Source: Candidatus Omnitrophota bacterium
Lineage (GTDB): Bacteria > Omnitrophota > Gorgyraeia > B26-G9
DNA length: 64,000 bases
NCBI GenBank assembly: GCA_043814605.1
Contig: JBDRJV010000002.1
Coordinates: forward strand, 26,374 to 90,373
Direction of reading: 5' to 3'
The translations under genes and the position numbers were made by a program. The notes under the pieces were generated by a model. That model was not told where the DNA came from. It saw only the letters and a program-made list of their open reading frames with translations, and did not search any database. Numbering within the stretch: position 1 is the stretch's first letter; each line of letters starts with the position of its first letter. Below, one piece after another: positions 9,994-20,949 of this stretch.

Positions 9994-12465
9994 TTAACCC
10001 ACTTCTTTCCAAATCTCCTTGGCATACTCCTGAATTGTTCGGTCACTAGAAAAATGGCCGGATTTTGCTACATTAACTATTGACTTTCTTGTCCATGCTT
10101 CTTTTTTTTGATAGTAGTGTGAAACTATTTCTTGCATTTTAATATACGAATCGAAATCCGCGCAAATAAAAAAAGGGTCCGCGTTATATATTGAATCCAA
10201 TATCGGATTAAATAAGCCAGGATCATAAGCAGAAAAATAATTTTTCGAGATTAATTCCAAAACCTCTTTTAATACCGGAGACCGATTGATAAACTCACGA
10301 GGATGATATCCTTGCTGCCTAAGCTGCTCAATCTCCTGCGCATTATGCCCAAAAATAAAAATATTATCTTTCCCAACAAGCTCGGCAATCTCAATATTCG
10401 CTCCGTCTAAAGTGCCGATTGTTAATGCTCCATTTATCATAAATTTCATATTACCCGTTCCCGAAGCTTCTGTCCCCGCGGTGGAAATCTGCTCGGATAA
10501 ATCGCTTGCCGGGAAAATTCTCTCCGCCAAAGAAACACGGTAATTTTCTAAAAACACCACTTTCATTTTATCCTTAACAGATTTATCCTGATTGATAACA
10601 TCCGCAATGCAATTTATCAGCTTTATCGTAAGCTTAGACATCGAATAACTCGGCGCAGCCTTTCCTCCCACCATAAATGTCCGGGGTTGAATAAAACTTT
10701 TAATGTCATGCTTGGCTTTTAAATATTCCGCGATTATAAATAACGCAAAGAGAAGCTGTCTTTTATATTCATGAATACGCTTAACCTGAATATCAAATAA
10801 ACTCTTTGGGTCAACGATAATATTTGTTGATTTTTTTACGTATTCAGCCAGCTCATTTTTATTTTTATATTTTATTTTCTGCCACTTGGCGCAAAAAGAA
10901 TTTTGTTCGGTAAACGAAAGCAGTTTTTTAAGCTCCTCTAAATCTGTAATCCACTTCTCTCCTATTGTTTCGGTTATTAATTTAGATAAAGCCGGGTTTG
11001 CTTTTAAGAGCCATCTTCTTTGTGTAATTCCATTGGTTTTATTATTAAACTTTTCCGGATAAAGATCATTAAAATCTTTAAGCACTTTAGTCTTGAGAAG
11101 CTGTGTATGCAGCCGGGAAACTCCGTTAACTGAATAGCTGCTGATAATTGATAAAAATGCCATACGGACTTTTTTCGGGTATCCTTCCTCAATCAGAGAT
11201 ACACGCTGCAACTGCTCCATATTTCCTGGATATAGGGTAGAAACTTCATTAAGAAAGCGGGCATTTATTTCATAAATAATCTGCAAATGCCGCGGTAAAA
11301 TTCTTTCAAACAAATCAACCGGCCAGCATTCCAGCGCTTCCGGCATCAGTGTATGGTTTGTATAGGCAAATGTTTTTGTGGTAATATTCCAGGCTGTATC
11401 CCAGTCAAAATCATAATCATCCAGTAAAATCCGCATAAGCTCAACAATTGCTAATGCCGGGTGTGTATCGTTAAGCTGGATAGTGGCCTTTTCCGGTATT
11501 TTTTTTAAATCAGAATTTTCTGATTTAAAACGGCGAATAATATCTGCTATGGAAGCTGCGGCAAAAAAATACTCCTGCTGCAACCGCAGTTCTTTTCCTT
11601 TACTTATATCATCGCTGGGATAAAGAACTTTGGAGATGTTTTCTGATAAAATTTTTTGATGAACAGCACGCTCATAATCTCCGTGCCGGAAATAATCAAA
11701 ATCAAATTCTTCCGTACTGCGCCCCGCCCATAAACGCAACGTATTCACCACATCATTTTTATATCCCGGAATCGGAAAATCATAGGGAACTGCCAATACA
11801 TCCTGTGTATTAACCCATCTGAATTTCAACTGAGAATTTTTATTTGAATATGCTTCTGTCCGCCCATAAAAACGTATCTTAACTGCATATTCCGGCCGTG
11901 CGAATTCCCAGGGGCTGCCGTTACGCAGCCATTCATCCGGCAGTTCGACTTGATACCCGTTTTTTATCTTCTGATTAAAAATACCGTAATCAAAACGGAT
12001 TCCATATCCATGCGCCGGAATCCCTAATGTTGCCATGGAATCTAAAAAACATGCTGCTAAACGGCCTAATCCTCCATTGCCTAAACCCGCATCCAGTTCC
12101 TGATCGCGAATTTCTTCAAGATCAAATCCTAATTCCTCCAGTGCATCAGTTAATTCTTTTTCCAGGCCGAGATTGTACATATAGTTACCTAATAACCGCC
12201 CGATTAAAAATTCCATGGATAAATAATATACGCGCTTGACATTTTGTTTATGATATTTTTGTTGGGTTTGAATCCAGCGTTCTACAACTCTATCGCGCAC
12301 TGCCAAAGCTGTAGCCCAAAAATTGTCATTTATTGTTGCTGAATATTGATCCTTGGAAATGGCATATTCTCTATTTTCACAAAAAGCCAGCTTTAAGGCA
12401 TCTTTTGTCATATTTTTATATTTAACTTGCCAAACAGTTTTGTTCTTTTTCGTATCGTAAATCAT
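9994..12465 (-). CDS. glgP: Glycogen/alpha-glucan phosphorylase (GT35).
   Basis: 823 aa with the PLP-site signature EASGTGNMKFMINGALTIGTLDGANIE. Confidence 0.9.
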   Translation of the reverse strand: MIYDTKKNKTVWQVKYKNMTKDALKLAFCENREYAISKDQYSATINDNFWATALAVRDRVVERWIQTQQKYHKQNVKRVYYLSMEFLIGRLLGNYMYNLGLEKELTDALEELGFDLEEIRDQELDAGLGNGGLGRLAACFLDSMATLGIPAHGYGIRFDYGIFNQKIKNGYQVELPDEWLRNGSPWEFARPEYAVKIRFYGRTEAYSNKNSQLKFRWVNTQDVLAVPYDFPIPGYKNDVVNTLRLWAGRSTEEFDFDYFRHGDYERAVHQKILSENISKVLYPSDDISKGKELRLQQEYFFAAASIADIIRRFKSENSDLKKIPEKATIQLNDTHPALAIVELMRILLDDYDFDWDTAWNITTKTFAYTNHTLMPEALECWPVDLFERILPRHLQIIYEINARFLNEVSTLYPGNMEQLQRVSLIEEGYPKKVRMAFLSIISSYSVNGVSRLHTQLLKTKVLKDFNDLYPEKFNNKTNGITQRRWLLKANPALSKLITETIGEKWITDLEELKKLLSFTEQNSFCAKWQKIKYKNKNELAEYVKKSTNIIVDPKSLFDIQVKRIHEYKRQLLFALFIIAEYLKAKHDIKSFIQPRTFMVGGKAAPSYSMSKLTIKLINCIADVINQDKSVKDKMKVVFLENYRVSLAERIFPASDLSEQISTAGTEASGTGNMKFMINGALTIGTLDGANIEIAELVGKDNIFIFGHNAQEIEQLRQQGYHPREFINRSPVLKEVLELISKNYFSAYDPGLFNPILDSIYNADPFFICADFDSYIKMQEIVSHYYQKKEAWTRKSIVNVAKSGHFSSDRTIQEYAKEIWKEVG

Positions 12466-12531
12466 ATTTACCTTTTACCTCTGATTATAAGTACCATGGT
12501 TAAGGCTAGGATGAACAAAATTTAATATTCT

Positions 12532-12651
12532 TTAAATTTTTTCCATTGGCTGATCACAGCAAACTAATTCTCCGCCGCCAACTTTTGTTACTGTAACCTC
12601 ATTCCCGCAGACATTACAACGGTATTTCTCGCCTATTTTCTCTACTGACAT
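12532..12651 (-). CDS. Desulforedoxin-like Fe(Cys)4 protein of 39 aa. It is not in the supplied ORF track.
   Basis: The translation MSVEKIGEKYRCNVCGNEVTVTKVGGGELVCCDQPMEKI shows the CxxC…GGG.LVCC motif of the desulforedoxin family and of the Dfx N-domain. Confidence 0.6.
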   Translation of the reverse strand: MSVEKIGEKYRCNVCGNEVTVTKVGGGELVCCDQPMEKI

Positions 12652-12675
12652 TTTACGCCCCCTTAGTTAATTAAC

Positions 12676-13398
12676 CTACCTTCTCCTTGTTTTGGCTAAT
12701 AATCTTAATATTTCAAGGTAAAGCCAAACCAACGTAACCATTAAGCCAAACGCACCGTACCATTCCATATATTTCGGAGCTCCGCTCTGTACCCCTTTTT
12801 CAATAAAATCAAAATCCAGCACCAGATTCAACGCAGCAATCACCACAACAAATAAACTAAATCCGATACCTAATGGCCCGCTGTCATAAATTAACGGTAT
12901 CTGGATTTTAAAAAAACTGAGAATCATACTAATGAAATAATAAACCGCAATGCCGCCGATTGCGGCAAAAACCCCCAAGCGAAAATTATCCGTAACTTTT
13001 ATTAATCTTGTCTTGTACACAAAAAGTAAAGAAAATAATGTGCCAAACGTCAGGCCTACTGCCTGTATTACTATTCCCGGATAAGTTTTTTCAAAAAATG
13101 CAGAAATCCCGCCCAGTAAAACCCCTTCAAAAACTGCATAAATCGGCGCAGTAACCTGTGCCCATTCTTTTTTAAAAATAGTCAGTATTGCCATAATCAC
13201 ACTGCCGATCATTGCCGGCCAGAATAACGGCATTAATTTCTGAGGTTCACTCCATATCCAGGATGCACTAATCAAAATAATAAAAAGCAAGGCAAAACTC
13301 TTGTTCGTTGTCCCCTGAATTGTCATTACCTCCGTAGAACCATAACTTCCTACATTTGAAAATACATCACTTCTTAAAGCCGGATTGCTTGTGCGCAT
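12676..13398 (-). CDS. Bax-inhibitor-1/YccA-family membrane protein (putative).
   Basis: 240 aa with seven predicted TM helices and a polar N-terminus. The layout resembles YccA/BI-1. Confidence 0.45.
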   Translation of the reverse strand: MRTSNPALRSDVFSNVGSYGSTEVMTIQGTTNKSFALLFIILISASWIWSEPQKLMPLFWPAMIGSVIMAILTIFKKEWAQVTAPIYAVFEGVLLGGISAFFEKTYPGIVIQAVGLTFGTLFSLLFVYKTRLIKVTDNFRLGVFAAIGGIAVYYFISMILSFFKIQIPLIYDSGPLGIGFSLFVVVIAALNLVLDFDFIEKGVQSGAPKYMEWYGAFGLMVTLVWLYLEILRLLAKTRRR

Positions 13399-13522
13399 GG
13401 TTTATCTCTCCTTTCTTTTAAGTACTAAAAAAATTTGCATTATCGAGTAAAAGTTTTATTTTTCTCTTTTACCCTATAAATTGTCTACTTTTATTCTCTG
13501 CGTTTTGTCCTGATTTTGATAT

Positions 13523-15454
13523 TTACACAGCCTCCTGCTTGAAAAATAACACCGCCAAGGGTGGGACAACTAATGAAAGAGAATAATATTTCCCTTGAGC
13601 AGGTAAAGGCGCAGCTTCCACTCCGCCTAAATTTCCTTGGCCGCTTCCGCCATATTCTTTGGCATCGCTATTTAAGATTTCTTTCCAAAATCCGCCTAAC
13701 GGAATACCAATCTTATAATTATTACGTGGAACCGGTGTAAAATTGCATATAACTAAAACAGAATTCTTTCTTGTTTTATTAATCCTCAGAAAACTAATTA
13801 CGCCTCTTTCCCAATCCTGGCAATCCACCCATTCAAATCCCTGACTATCAAAATCATTTTCATAAAGAGCTGGTTCGGTTTTATAAAAAAAGTTCAATTC
13901 CTTAACCCATCTTTGTAATTGAGCATGATTTTCGCACTCTAATAAATTCCACTCGAGACTATTCTCATGATTCCATTCTGAGCGCTGGCCAAACTCTTGC
14001 CCCATAAACAGCAGTTTCTTCCCGGGATGAGCATACATATATCCGAACAAAACCCTTAAATTAGCAAATTTTTGCCAATCATCTCCTGGCATTTTGTCGA
14101 GCAAAGACCCTTTACCGTATACTACCTCATCATGAGAAATTGACAAAAGAAAATTTTCTGTAAAAGCATAACATAAACTAAACGTCAACTGGTTGTGATA
14201 AAATTTTCGAAAAACAGGATCTTTGGAAAAATAATCCAGAGTATCATGCATCCAACCCATATTCCATTTTATCCCAAACCCCAGCCCTCCCATAAAAGTC
14301 GGCTGGGAAACCATTGGCCAGGAGGTAGATTCCTCCGCAATCATCTGTACATCCGGATAATTTTCATAAACTGTAAGGTTAAGTTTTTTTATGAAATTCA
14401 CTGCCTCGATATTTTCTTTTCCTCCGTATTCATTCGGAATCCATTCCCCTGCTTTGCGGGAATAATCAAGATACAACATTGAAGCAACAGCATCTACGCG
14501 GATACCGTCGATATGATATTTATCTAACCAGAATAACGCGCTGCTGATTAAAAAACACTTTGTTTCATTTCTGTTGTAATTAAAAATATAGCTTTTCCAA
14601 TCTGGGTGAAATCCTTTTCGGGGATCCGCATGTTCAAACAAATGCGATCCATCAAAATAAGCCAACCCGTGCCCGTCCGAAGGAAAATGCGATGGAACCC
14701 AGTCTAGGATAATCCCGAAACCTCTTTCATGCAAATATTCAATCAAGTACATTAAATCCTGAGGAATGCCGTATCGGCTGGTAGGAGCAAAATACCCGAT
14801 TGTTTGATACCCCCAGGAGCCATAAAACGGGTGTTCCATAAGCGGCAGAAACTCTACATGCGTAAAGTTTAGATCATGCAAATACTGGGCTAGTTGTTCT
14901 GCAGATTGCCGATAATTCAAAAACTTTCCCGGCTCTGCCGGCTGCTTTTGCCGCCAGGAACCTAGATGCACTTCATAAATCGAAATCGGAGCGGACAAAG
15001 AGTTTTTTTGATAACGGTTTTTCATCCACAAAACATCTTTCCAGGCATATTCAAGATCCCAGACAATCGATGCAGTTTGAGGTGGAATTTCAGAATAAAA
15101 AGCAAAAGGATCTCTTTTTTCCGTGCGGTAATTATTATTTTTCGAAATAATACAATACTTATATAAATTTCCTTTCTGCACACCGGGAATAAATCCCTCC
15201 CAAATACCGGAACTATCCCACCGCGGTGCCAGAGGATGGGATTGATCATTCCATTCATTAAAATCTCCGATCACACTGACTTGTTTGGCATTCGGAGCCC
15301 AGAGCGCAAAACAAACCCCTTCCACGCCTTCATGATACATTAGGTGCGAACCTAACTTTTCATATAAACGGAAATGGCTTCCTTCCCGAAAAAGATAAAT
15401 ATCTTGTTCTGTTAATAAACTAATGTTATGTTTAATTATACCAATATCAGTCAT
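13523..15454 (-). CDS. glgB: 1,4-alpha-glucan branching enzyme (GH13), short form.
   Basis: Catalytic region DGIRVDAVASMLYLDYSR and GH13 conserved blocks. It lies downstream of treS-mak. Confidence 0.9.
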   Translation of the reverse strand: MTDIGIIKHNISLLTEQDIYLFREGSHFRLYEKLGSHLMYHEGVEGVCFALWAPNAKQVSVIGDFNEWNDQSHPLAPRWDSSGIWEGFIPGVQKGNLYKYCIISKNNNYRTEKRDPFAFYSEIPPQTASIVWDLEYAWKDVLWMKNRYQKNSLSAPISIYEVHLGSWRQKQPAEPGKFLNYRQSAEQLAQYLHDLNFTHVEFLPLMEHPFYGSWGYQTIGYFAPTSRYGIPQDLMYLIEYLHERGFGIILDWVPSHFPSDGHGLAYFDGSHLFEHADPRKGFHPDWKSYIFNYNRNETKCFLISSALFWLDKYHIDGIRVDAVASMLYLDYSRKAGEWIPNEYGGKENIEAVNFIKKLNLTVYENYPDVQMIAEESTSWPMVSQPTFMGGLGFGIKWNMGWMHDTLDYFSKDPVFRKFYHNQLTFSLCYAFTENFLLSISHDEVVYGKGSLLDKMPGDDWQKFANLRVLFGYMYAHPGKKLLFMGQEFGQRSEWNHENSLEWNLLECENHAQLQRWVKELNFFYKTEPALYENDFDSQGFEWVDCQDWERGVISFLRINKTRKNSVLVICNFTPVPRNNYKIGIPLGGFWKEILNSDAKEYGGSGQGNLGGVEAAPLPAQGKYYSLSLVVPPLAVLFFKQEAV

Positions 15455-15474
15455 ATAACTAGTTTTGCTGGTTT

Positions 15475-18400
15475 TTACTTTTTAATTGCTTTTCTTATCT
15501 TAAAATTATTTAAAACCTGCTTGATTCCCCTTAAGGGAATAATTATCCAATCGAGTCTATTATTTAATTCATATCCTAATTCATATATTGCCTTATCTAA
15601 AAGATAAATCTGCAGGAGATTATTAAATTCAACATCGGTTTTAGGCAAAAATTCTGCCCTGCCTATTGTTTGAAAATATGACTTAACAAATATATTACTC
15701 ACATATAAATACCAATCTTCTGCAGCTGATTCCAAAATAGCAACATCTTCGTCTCTGACTGATTTATTCAGGAATAAAGTCACATAAGCGGCATAATGGA
15801 AAGAGCGCAGCATACCCGCAATATCACGAATCGCTGACCTTTTCAGCCTTCTTTCGCTTAGCGGCCTGGCTGGCTCGCCTTCAAAATCAATAATAATAAA
15901 ATCCTTACCCGTAAAAAGAACTTGCCCTAAATGATAATCCCCATGGATACGTATTTTTTTAGCAGAGTATTTTGTCTGCATGATTAATTTTAACCTCTGC
16001 ATAATTTGTTTCTCAACAGATAATACTGATTTTGCTTCCTGCTGTAAACTTTCTGATAATTTGCTTAAATTTTGTTTTAACAGCCTAAAAACAAGTCGTT
16101 CCTGGCTTCCCATGGATTGAAAAACCGAACGCTGATACAGCAAAGAAAAAATCTCTGGTTTAAAATCAGGATTTTGCGCCTCTTCTGAGAGGTTGATGTG
16201 CATTTCCCCTGTACGCTGGCCTAATTTTTTAATCATTTCCAAATATATGCTGTCAATTAAGCTGTTTGTTTCAATAAATTTCAGCTTCTTGGCCTGTTGC
16301 GTGAAAACTTCTGCGGAAGCTTCTTTTTTAAGTTCCTTAGATTTAGATAATACAAGGTCAAAATAATTTTTAACATGGTCTAAAGTATATTTCCATGCGT
16401 CCGATTCACTCGGGATATAACTTTGCAATAAACATATCGACATTGGTTCATTAACATTGCGGCTGTTATATTCGATAGACCCGGCAAAATTAGGTATATT
16501 TTGAGAACTCTTTTTTTCTGTAAGATACTTCATGATTTCAATATCCGGGTTAATTCCAGACTCGAGTTTTCTGAATAATTTCATGAAGAATATGTTCGCA
16601 TATAATATTGATGTATTACTTTGTTCTGCTTTAAGCAGTACCGAAGGTAACGGCATTTTTTGGTTCCCCAATAGCGCTTTTAATTTTTTGCCGGATTTCC
16701 CCACCAACACAGTCCCCTCACTCGCAACCCGTTTTTTCTTGATAATAATATCTAATAACATCTCATGCAAATATGGGTTATAAACCCCGTCATAAAGAAA
16801 ACCTTCTTTTCGGTTAATAAACAGCCGACAGACAATGCCTTTATGAAAATGCTGTATTTGGACTTTATTCCCGTTTATAAAAACAAATGACAAAGGCAAT
16901 AGGTATGTTTCCGGCATACCGCCTGCATAATTGACACTAATAAACAATAATTTAACAATGTCTTTTTTATGCTCAAGAGAAAGAATATCAGAAATTCTGA
17001 TTGTCCGTATCGTCCGAGACTTTCCGCCAAACCAGCGGCACCCATGCAAGTATTGTGGTAATATTTCAACTTCCAATTTGCGTATATTTTCAAGATTAAA
17101 TAACTCTTCCCATGATTTTTCCAATCTTATTTTCGGTGATTTCTGTAATGTTTCAGCAGAGGTTACCTCTTGTTTTTTTAATAAAAACCAAAAGTGGTTA
17201 TGCGGTCCTAAAGTAATGGTATAAAGGTTGTCTTTGATCACCGAAAAATTATTCTGGCTAAACACTTCCTCGGGAACAAAACCACTATATTCTTTCAAAT
17301 CCAGATCAACGGTTTGTGAAAACCGCGATAAATTAATTACAATCAACATGCTTTCATTTTTATATTCTCTAATAAAACTTAAAATCTTAGGATTTTCAGG
17401 GTATAAAAATTTGATATTCCCCTGGCTAAAGGCCTTAAATCTTTTACGCATAGCAATCACACGTTTCATCCACCATAAAAGTGATGAAAAGTTACTATCC
17501 TGTGTTTCCACATTAACAGTTTCGTAATGATATTCTGAGTCTATGATTACCGGTAAATATAACTGCTGGGGGTTGGCTTTTGAAAAACCCGCGTTTCGGT
17601 CTGGACTCCATTGCATTGGCGTGCGCACGCCATCGCGATCCCCCATAAATCTGTTATCACCCATACCAATTTCATCGCCATAATAAATTATCGGCGTACC
17701 CGGCAGAGAAAAAAGCAAGATGTTCATTAATTCAAATTTACGCCGGTTATTACTCAATAAAGGCAGTAATCTTCGCCTAATCCCTAAATTAATCTTGGAG
17801 CGTGCATCAGTCGCATATGCCCGATACATATAATCGCGTTCTTCATCTGTAACCATTTCTAATGTTAACTCATCATGGTTGCGCAAAAATATTGCCCATT
17901 GAGACAAACGGGGAATTTTAGGTGTCTGCTCCAGAATATCAATAATCGGAAACCGGTCTTCCATTTGAACACTCATGTACATTCGAGGCATAAGGGGAAA
18001 ATGAAAAGCCATATGGCATTCATCCCCTGTTCCGAAATATTCAACCGCATCTTCAGGCCATTGGTTAGCTTCAGCCAGCAGCATACGATTCTTGAATTTA
18101 CTGTCAACATGTTTTCTTAATTTTTTTAAAAAATTATGGGTTTCCGGTAAATTTTCACAGTTAGTCCCTTCGCGTTCAAAAAGATAAGGCACCGCATCCA
18201 GCCTCACTCCATCTACTCCCAGGGAAAACCAGAAATCAGTTACCCGGTATATTGCCTTCAAAACACTGGGGTTGTCAAAATTCAAATCCGGCTGATGGGA
18301 ATAAAACCGATGCCAGTAATAAGCTTTGGCTTCTTCTGACCATGACCAATTAGATACTTCAAAATCTTTAAAAATAATCCGGGCATCTTTATATTTTACT

Positions 18401-18843
18401 GCATTATTACTCCACACATAATAATTACGATGATTTGAATTTGCTTTCGATTGCTTGGCCCGAATAAACCAGGGATGCTGGTCTGAAGTATGATTAATCA
18501 CAAGTTCTGTAACCACTCTTAAGCCTCTTGCGTGAGCCGCTTTTAATAATTCTTTGAAATCTTTTAAAGTTCCGTATTGTGGATTAACACCATAATAATC
18601 AGCAATGTCATAACCGTCATCTTTTAAGGGCGAAGGATAAAAAGGCAATAACCAAATAACTGTTATCCCCAGATTTTTTAAATAATCCAATTTCTGAATC
18701 AATCCCTTAAAATCACCAATGCCATCGCCATTGCTGTCACAAAAGGTTTTAACATGCAATTGGTAAATTACCGCATCTTTATACCATAAGGGATTATTTT
18801 CAACACTAAAACGGGAACTACCCATAACTATTCCTTTCTTCAC
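15475..18843 (-). CDS. treS: Trehalose synthase / maltokinase fusion (TreS-Mak/Pep2).
   Basis: The N-terminal GH13 domain carries DGVRLDAVPYLFEREGT. The C-terminal ~450 aa has the maltokinase motifs HGDYHLGQVLF and IIIDFEGEP. Confidence 0.85.
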   Translation of the reverse strand: MKKGIVMGSSRFSVENNPLWYKDAVIYQLHVKTFCDSNGDGIGDFKGLIQKLDYLKNLGITVIWLLPFYPSPLKDDGYDIADYYGVNPQYGTLKDFKELLKAAHARGLRVVTELVINHTSDQHPWFIRAKQSKANSNHRNYYVWSNNAVKYKDARIIFKDFEVSNWSWSEEAKAYYWHRFYSHQPDLNFDNPSVLKAIYRVTDFWFSLGVDGVRLDAVPYLFEREGTNCENLPETHNFLKKLRKHVDSKFKNRMLLAEANQWPEDAVEYFGTGDECHMAFHFPLMPRMYMSVQMEDRFPIIDILEQTPKIPRLSQWAIFLRNHDELTLEMVTDEERDYMYRAYATDARSKINLGIRRRLLPLLSNNRRKFELMNILLFSLPGTPIIYYGDEIGMGDNRFMGDRDGVRTPMQWSPDRNAGFSKANPQQLYLPVIIDSEYHYETVNVETQDSNFSSLLWWMKRVIAMRKRFKAFSQGNIKFLYPENPKILSFIREYKNESMLIVINLSRFSQTVDLDLKEYSGFVPEEVFSQNNFSVIKDNLYTITLGPHNHFWFLLKKQEVTSAETLQKSPKIRLEKSWEELFNLENIRKLEVEILPQYLHGCRWFGGKSRTIRTIRISDILSLEHKKDIVKLLFISVNYAGGMPETYLLPLSFVFINGNKVQIQHFHKGIVCRLFINRKEGFLYDGVYNPYLHEMLLDIIIKKKRVASEGTVLVGKSGKKLKALLGNQKMPLPSVLLKAEQSNTSILYANIFFMKLFRKLESGINPDIEIMKYLTEKKSSQNIPNFAGSIEYNSRNVNEPMSICLLQSYIPSESDAWKYTLDHVKNYFDLVLSKSKELKKEASAEVFTQQAKKLKFIETNSLIDSIYLEMIKKLGQRTGEMHINLSEEAQNPDFKPEIFSLLYQRSVFQSMGSQERLVFRLLKQNLSKLSESLQQEAKSVLSVEKQIMQRLKLIMQTKYSAKKIRIHGDYHLGQVLFTGKDFIIIDFEGEPARPLSERRLKRSAIRDIAGMLRSFHYAAYVTLFLNKSVRDEDVAILESAAEDWYLYVSNIFVKSYFQTIGRAEFLPKTDVEFNNLLQIYLLDKAIYELGYELNNRLDWIIIPLRGIKQVLNNFKIRKAIKK

Positions 18844-20876
18844 ATAAAATAATCAAAATCTTGTTCGCGGCGTGTATGCCGTTTAATATTTATGATATGC
18901 GCCGGAGACCGCTGCGGATCTAATTCAATGTAACTTGTCGGCCCTTGCCAAATATATTTATCACCGCTTAAAAGATCATACGCTAAATATGACCGTTCTT
19001 TTTCAATCCCCAGTTCAGCCAGCGGCATTTGTAAATACCCGGTCTGAGTATGACGCGGATCAAGATTCACCACCACAAGAATAATATTTGAATAATCTGC
19101 GGTTGCCTTGTAATAACTTATTATAGAATCATTATTAACTTCACAAAATCTTATGTTTCGCGTAATTTGTAAAGCAGGATTTGTTTTGCGAATCTTATTG
19201 AGCCTGGCTAATACATCTTTTAAATGCCCGGTTTTATTCCAATCCCATTGTTTTATCTCATATTTTTCCGAGTTAAGATATTCTTCCCGGTTAGGAATTG
19301 CTTCGCAAACGCATAATTCAAACGCCGGCCCGTATATTCCGAAATTTGAAGAAAGGGTTGCCGCGAGAACCGCTCTGATAATAAAAGCCGGCCGGCCCCC
19401 ATATTGCAAGTGTTCCGGCAGAATATCCGGAGTATTGGGCCAAAAATTTGGACGGAAATATTCCGCAACTTCTGTTTGGGTTAATTCTGTTAAATATTCA
19501 ATAAATTCACGTTTTGTATTACGCCAGGTAAAATACGTATATGATTGGCTAAACCCTCCTTTTGCCAGACGATACATGATATTCGGACGGGTAAAAGCCT
19601 CGGCTAAAAATATTGTTTCCGGGTAATCACTTTTTATTTTTGAAATAAGCCAGTCCCAGAAGATAAATGGTTTTGTGTGCGGATTATCTACTCGGAAAAC
19701 CCGTACTCCCTGCTTTATCCAGAACATGACAATACTTTTTAATTCTTCCCAAAGATCTTGGACATTGTCAGTTTCAAAATTAATTGGTAAAACATCTTCA
19801 TATTTTTTGGGCGGATTCTCCGCATACTGGATCTGCCCATCGGGACGCCACTTAAACCAATGCGGATATTTCTGGACATAGGGATGATCCGGAGAACACT
19901 GATAAGCTAAATCTAAAGCCACTTCTAAATTATATTTTTTTACCTCATTAATAAAATGTTTAAACGATTGAATCGTCCCTAATTGAGGATGGATTGTTTT
20001 ATGCCCTCCCTCCTTTGCCCCAATCGCCCAAGGACAACCCGGTTCATTTTCTTTACATTTAACAGAATTATTTGCACCTTTTCTGTTAGTTTTACCAATC
20101 GGATGAATCGGCGGAAGATAAATAATATCAAATCCCATGCGGGCAATTTCCGGGATTAATTTTTCACAATCTTTTAATGAACCGTGTTCCCCCGGCTGCG
20201 CACCCCAAGAACGCGGAAAAAACTCATACCAGCTGCTAAAAAGTGCTAATTTCCTCTCTACATGAACTCTCAATTCTTTATCATAGGTAACACTCTCTTT
20301 AATATTAAGATTTTTCTGCATTATATTTAATAACTCATCCTTCATCAGAATCAAGGTGAGAATATTAACATCTTCACTTGCCTTTAGCTGATTAGAATAT
20401 GAATTAATAATTTTAAGTATTGATTTTTCTTTGATTCTTTTTTTTGTTTTCTCCAGAATCTGAATCCCTATTTTTAAATCTACAGCAATATCCTGTGCAG
20501 CATTAATCTTTTTCTTCAGATTATTGCGCCACGTACAAAATTCATCTATAAACCCGCGGATACTGTAATAATAATTTTCTTCCTTTTCTATAGTAAAAGA
20601 CCCAACCCAGCGATCATTGCCTAAAGGCTTCATATAAACTTCCTGCCACCCCTTTTCCTTGACCGTACGATAAAGAAGCACAGCCACAATCTCCTCATGT
20701 CCATCCGCAAAGATATTTGCCCGGACAACAACACTTTCTCCGACTGTTCTTTTAATAGGAATCAATCCTGTATCGATTTCAGGGGAAACTTTTTCAATCA
20801 TAACCCGTGAGAAAAAATTAACCTTTTTTTTAGGCCCATTTTTTTTATCCGCGGGAATATTAGTCCGTTTGGGCAT
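18840..20876 (-). CDS. glgE: Alpha-1,4-glucan:maltose-1-phosphate maltosyltransferase GlgE (GH13_3).
   Basis: The GlgE N-domain pattern (…VSPEIDTGLIPIKRTVGESVVV…NDRW) plus a GH13 catalytic core. It overlaps the treS start by 4 nt. An internal Met at about 20801 is an alternative start. Confidence 0.85.
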   Translation of the reverse strand: MPKRTNIPADKKNGPKKKVNFFSRVMIEKVSPEIDTGLIPIKRTVGESVVVRANIFADGHEEIVAVLLYRTVKEKGWQEVYMKPLGNDRWVGSFTIEKEENYYYSIRGFIDEFCTWRNNLKKKINAAQDIAVDLKIGIQILEKTKKRIKEKSILKIINSYSNQLKASEDVNILTLILMKDELLNIMQKNLNIKESVTYDKELRVHVERKLALFSSWYEFFPRSWGAQPGEHGSLKDCEKLIPEIARMGFDIIYLPPIHPIGKTNRKGANNSVKCKENEPGCPWAIGAKEGGHKTIHPQLGTIQSFKHFINEVKKYNLEVALDLAYQCSPDHPYVQKYPHWFKWRPDGQIQYAENPPKKYEDVLPINFETDNVQDLWEELKSIVMFWIKQGVRVFRVDNPHTKPFIFWDWLISKIKSDYPETIFLAEAFTRPNIMYRLAKGGFSQSYTYFTWRNTKREFIEYLTELTQTEVAEYFRPNFWPNTPDILPEHLQYGGRPAFIIRAVLAATLSSNFGIYGPAFELCVCEAIPNREEYLNSEKYEIKQWDWNKTGHLKDVLARLNKIRKTNPALQITRNIRFCEVNNDSIISYYKATADYSNIILVVVNLDPRHTQTGYLQMPLAELGIEKERSYLAYDLLSGDKYIWQGPTSYIELDPQRSPAHIINIKRHTRREQDFDYFM

Positions 20877-20949
20877 ACCTATCCTCCCTTTTATATAAAT
20901 ACAAAAAAATCAGCAATAATATAAATAACTTTTCACCTTTATTTTATTT

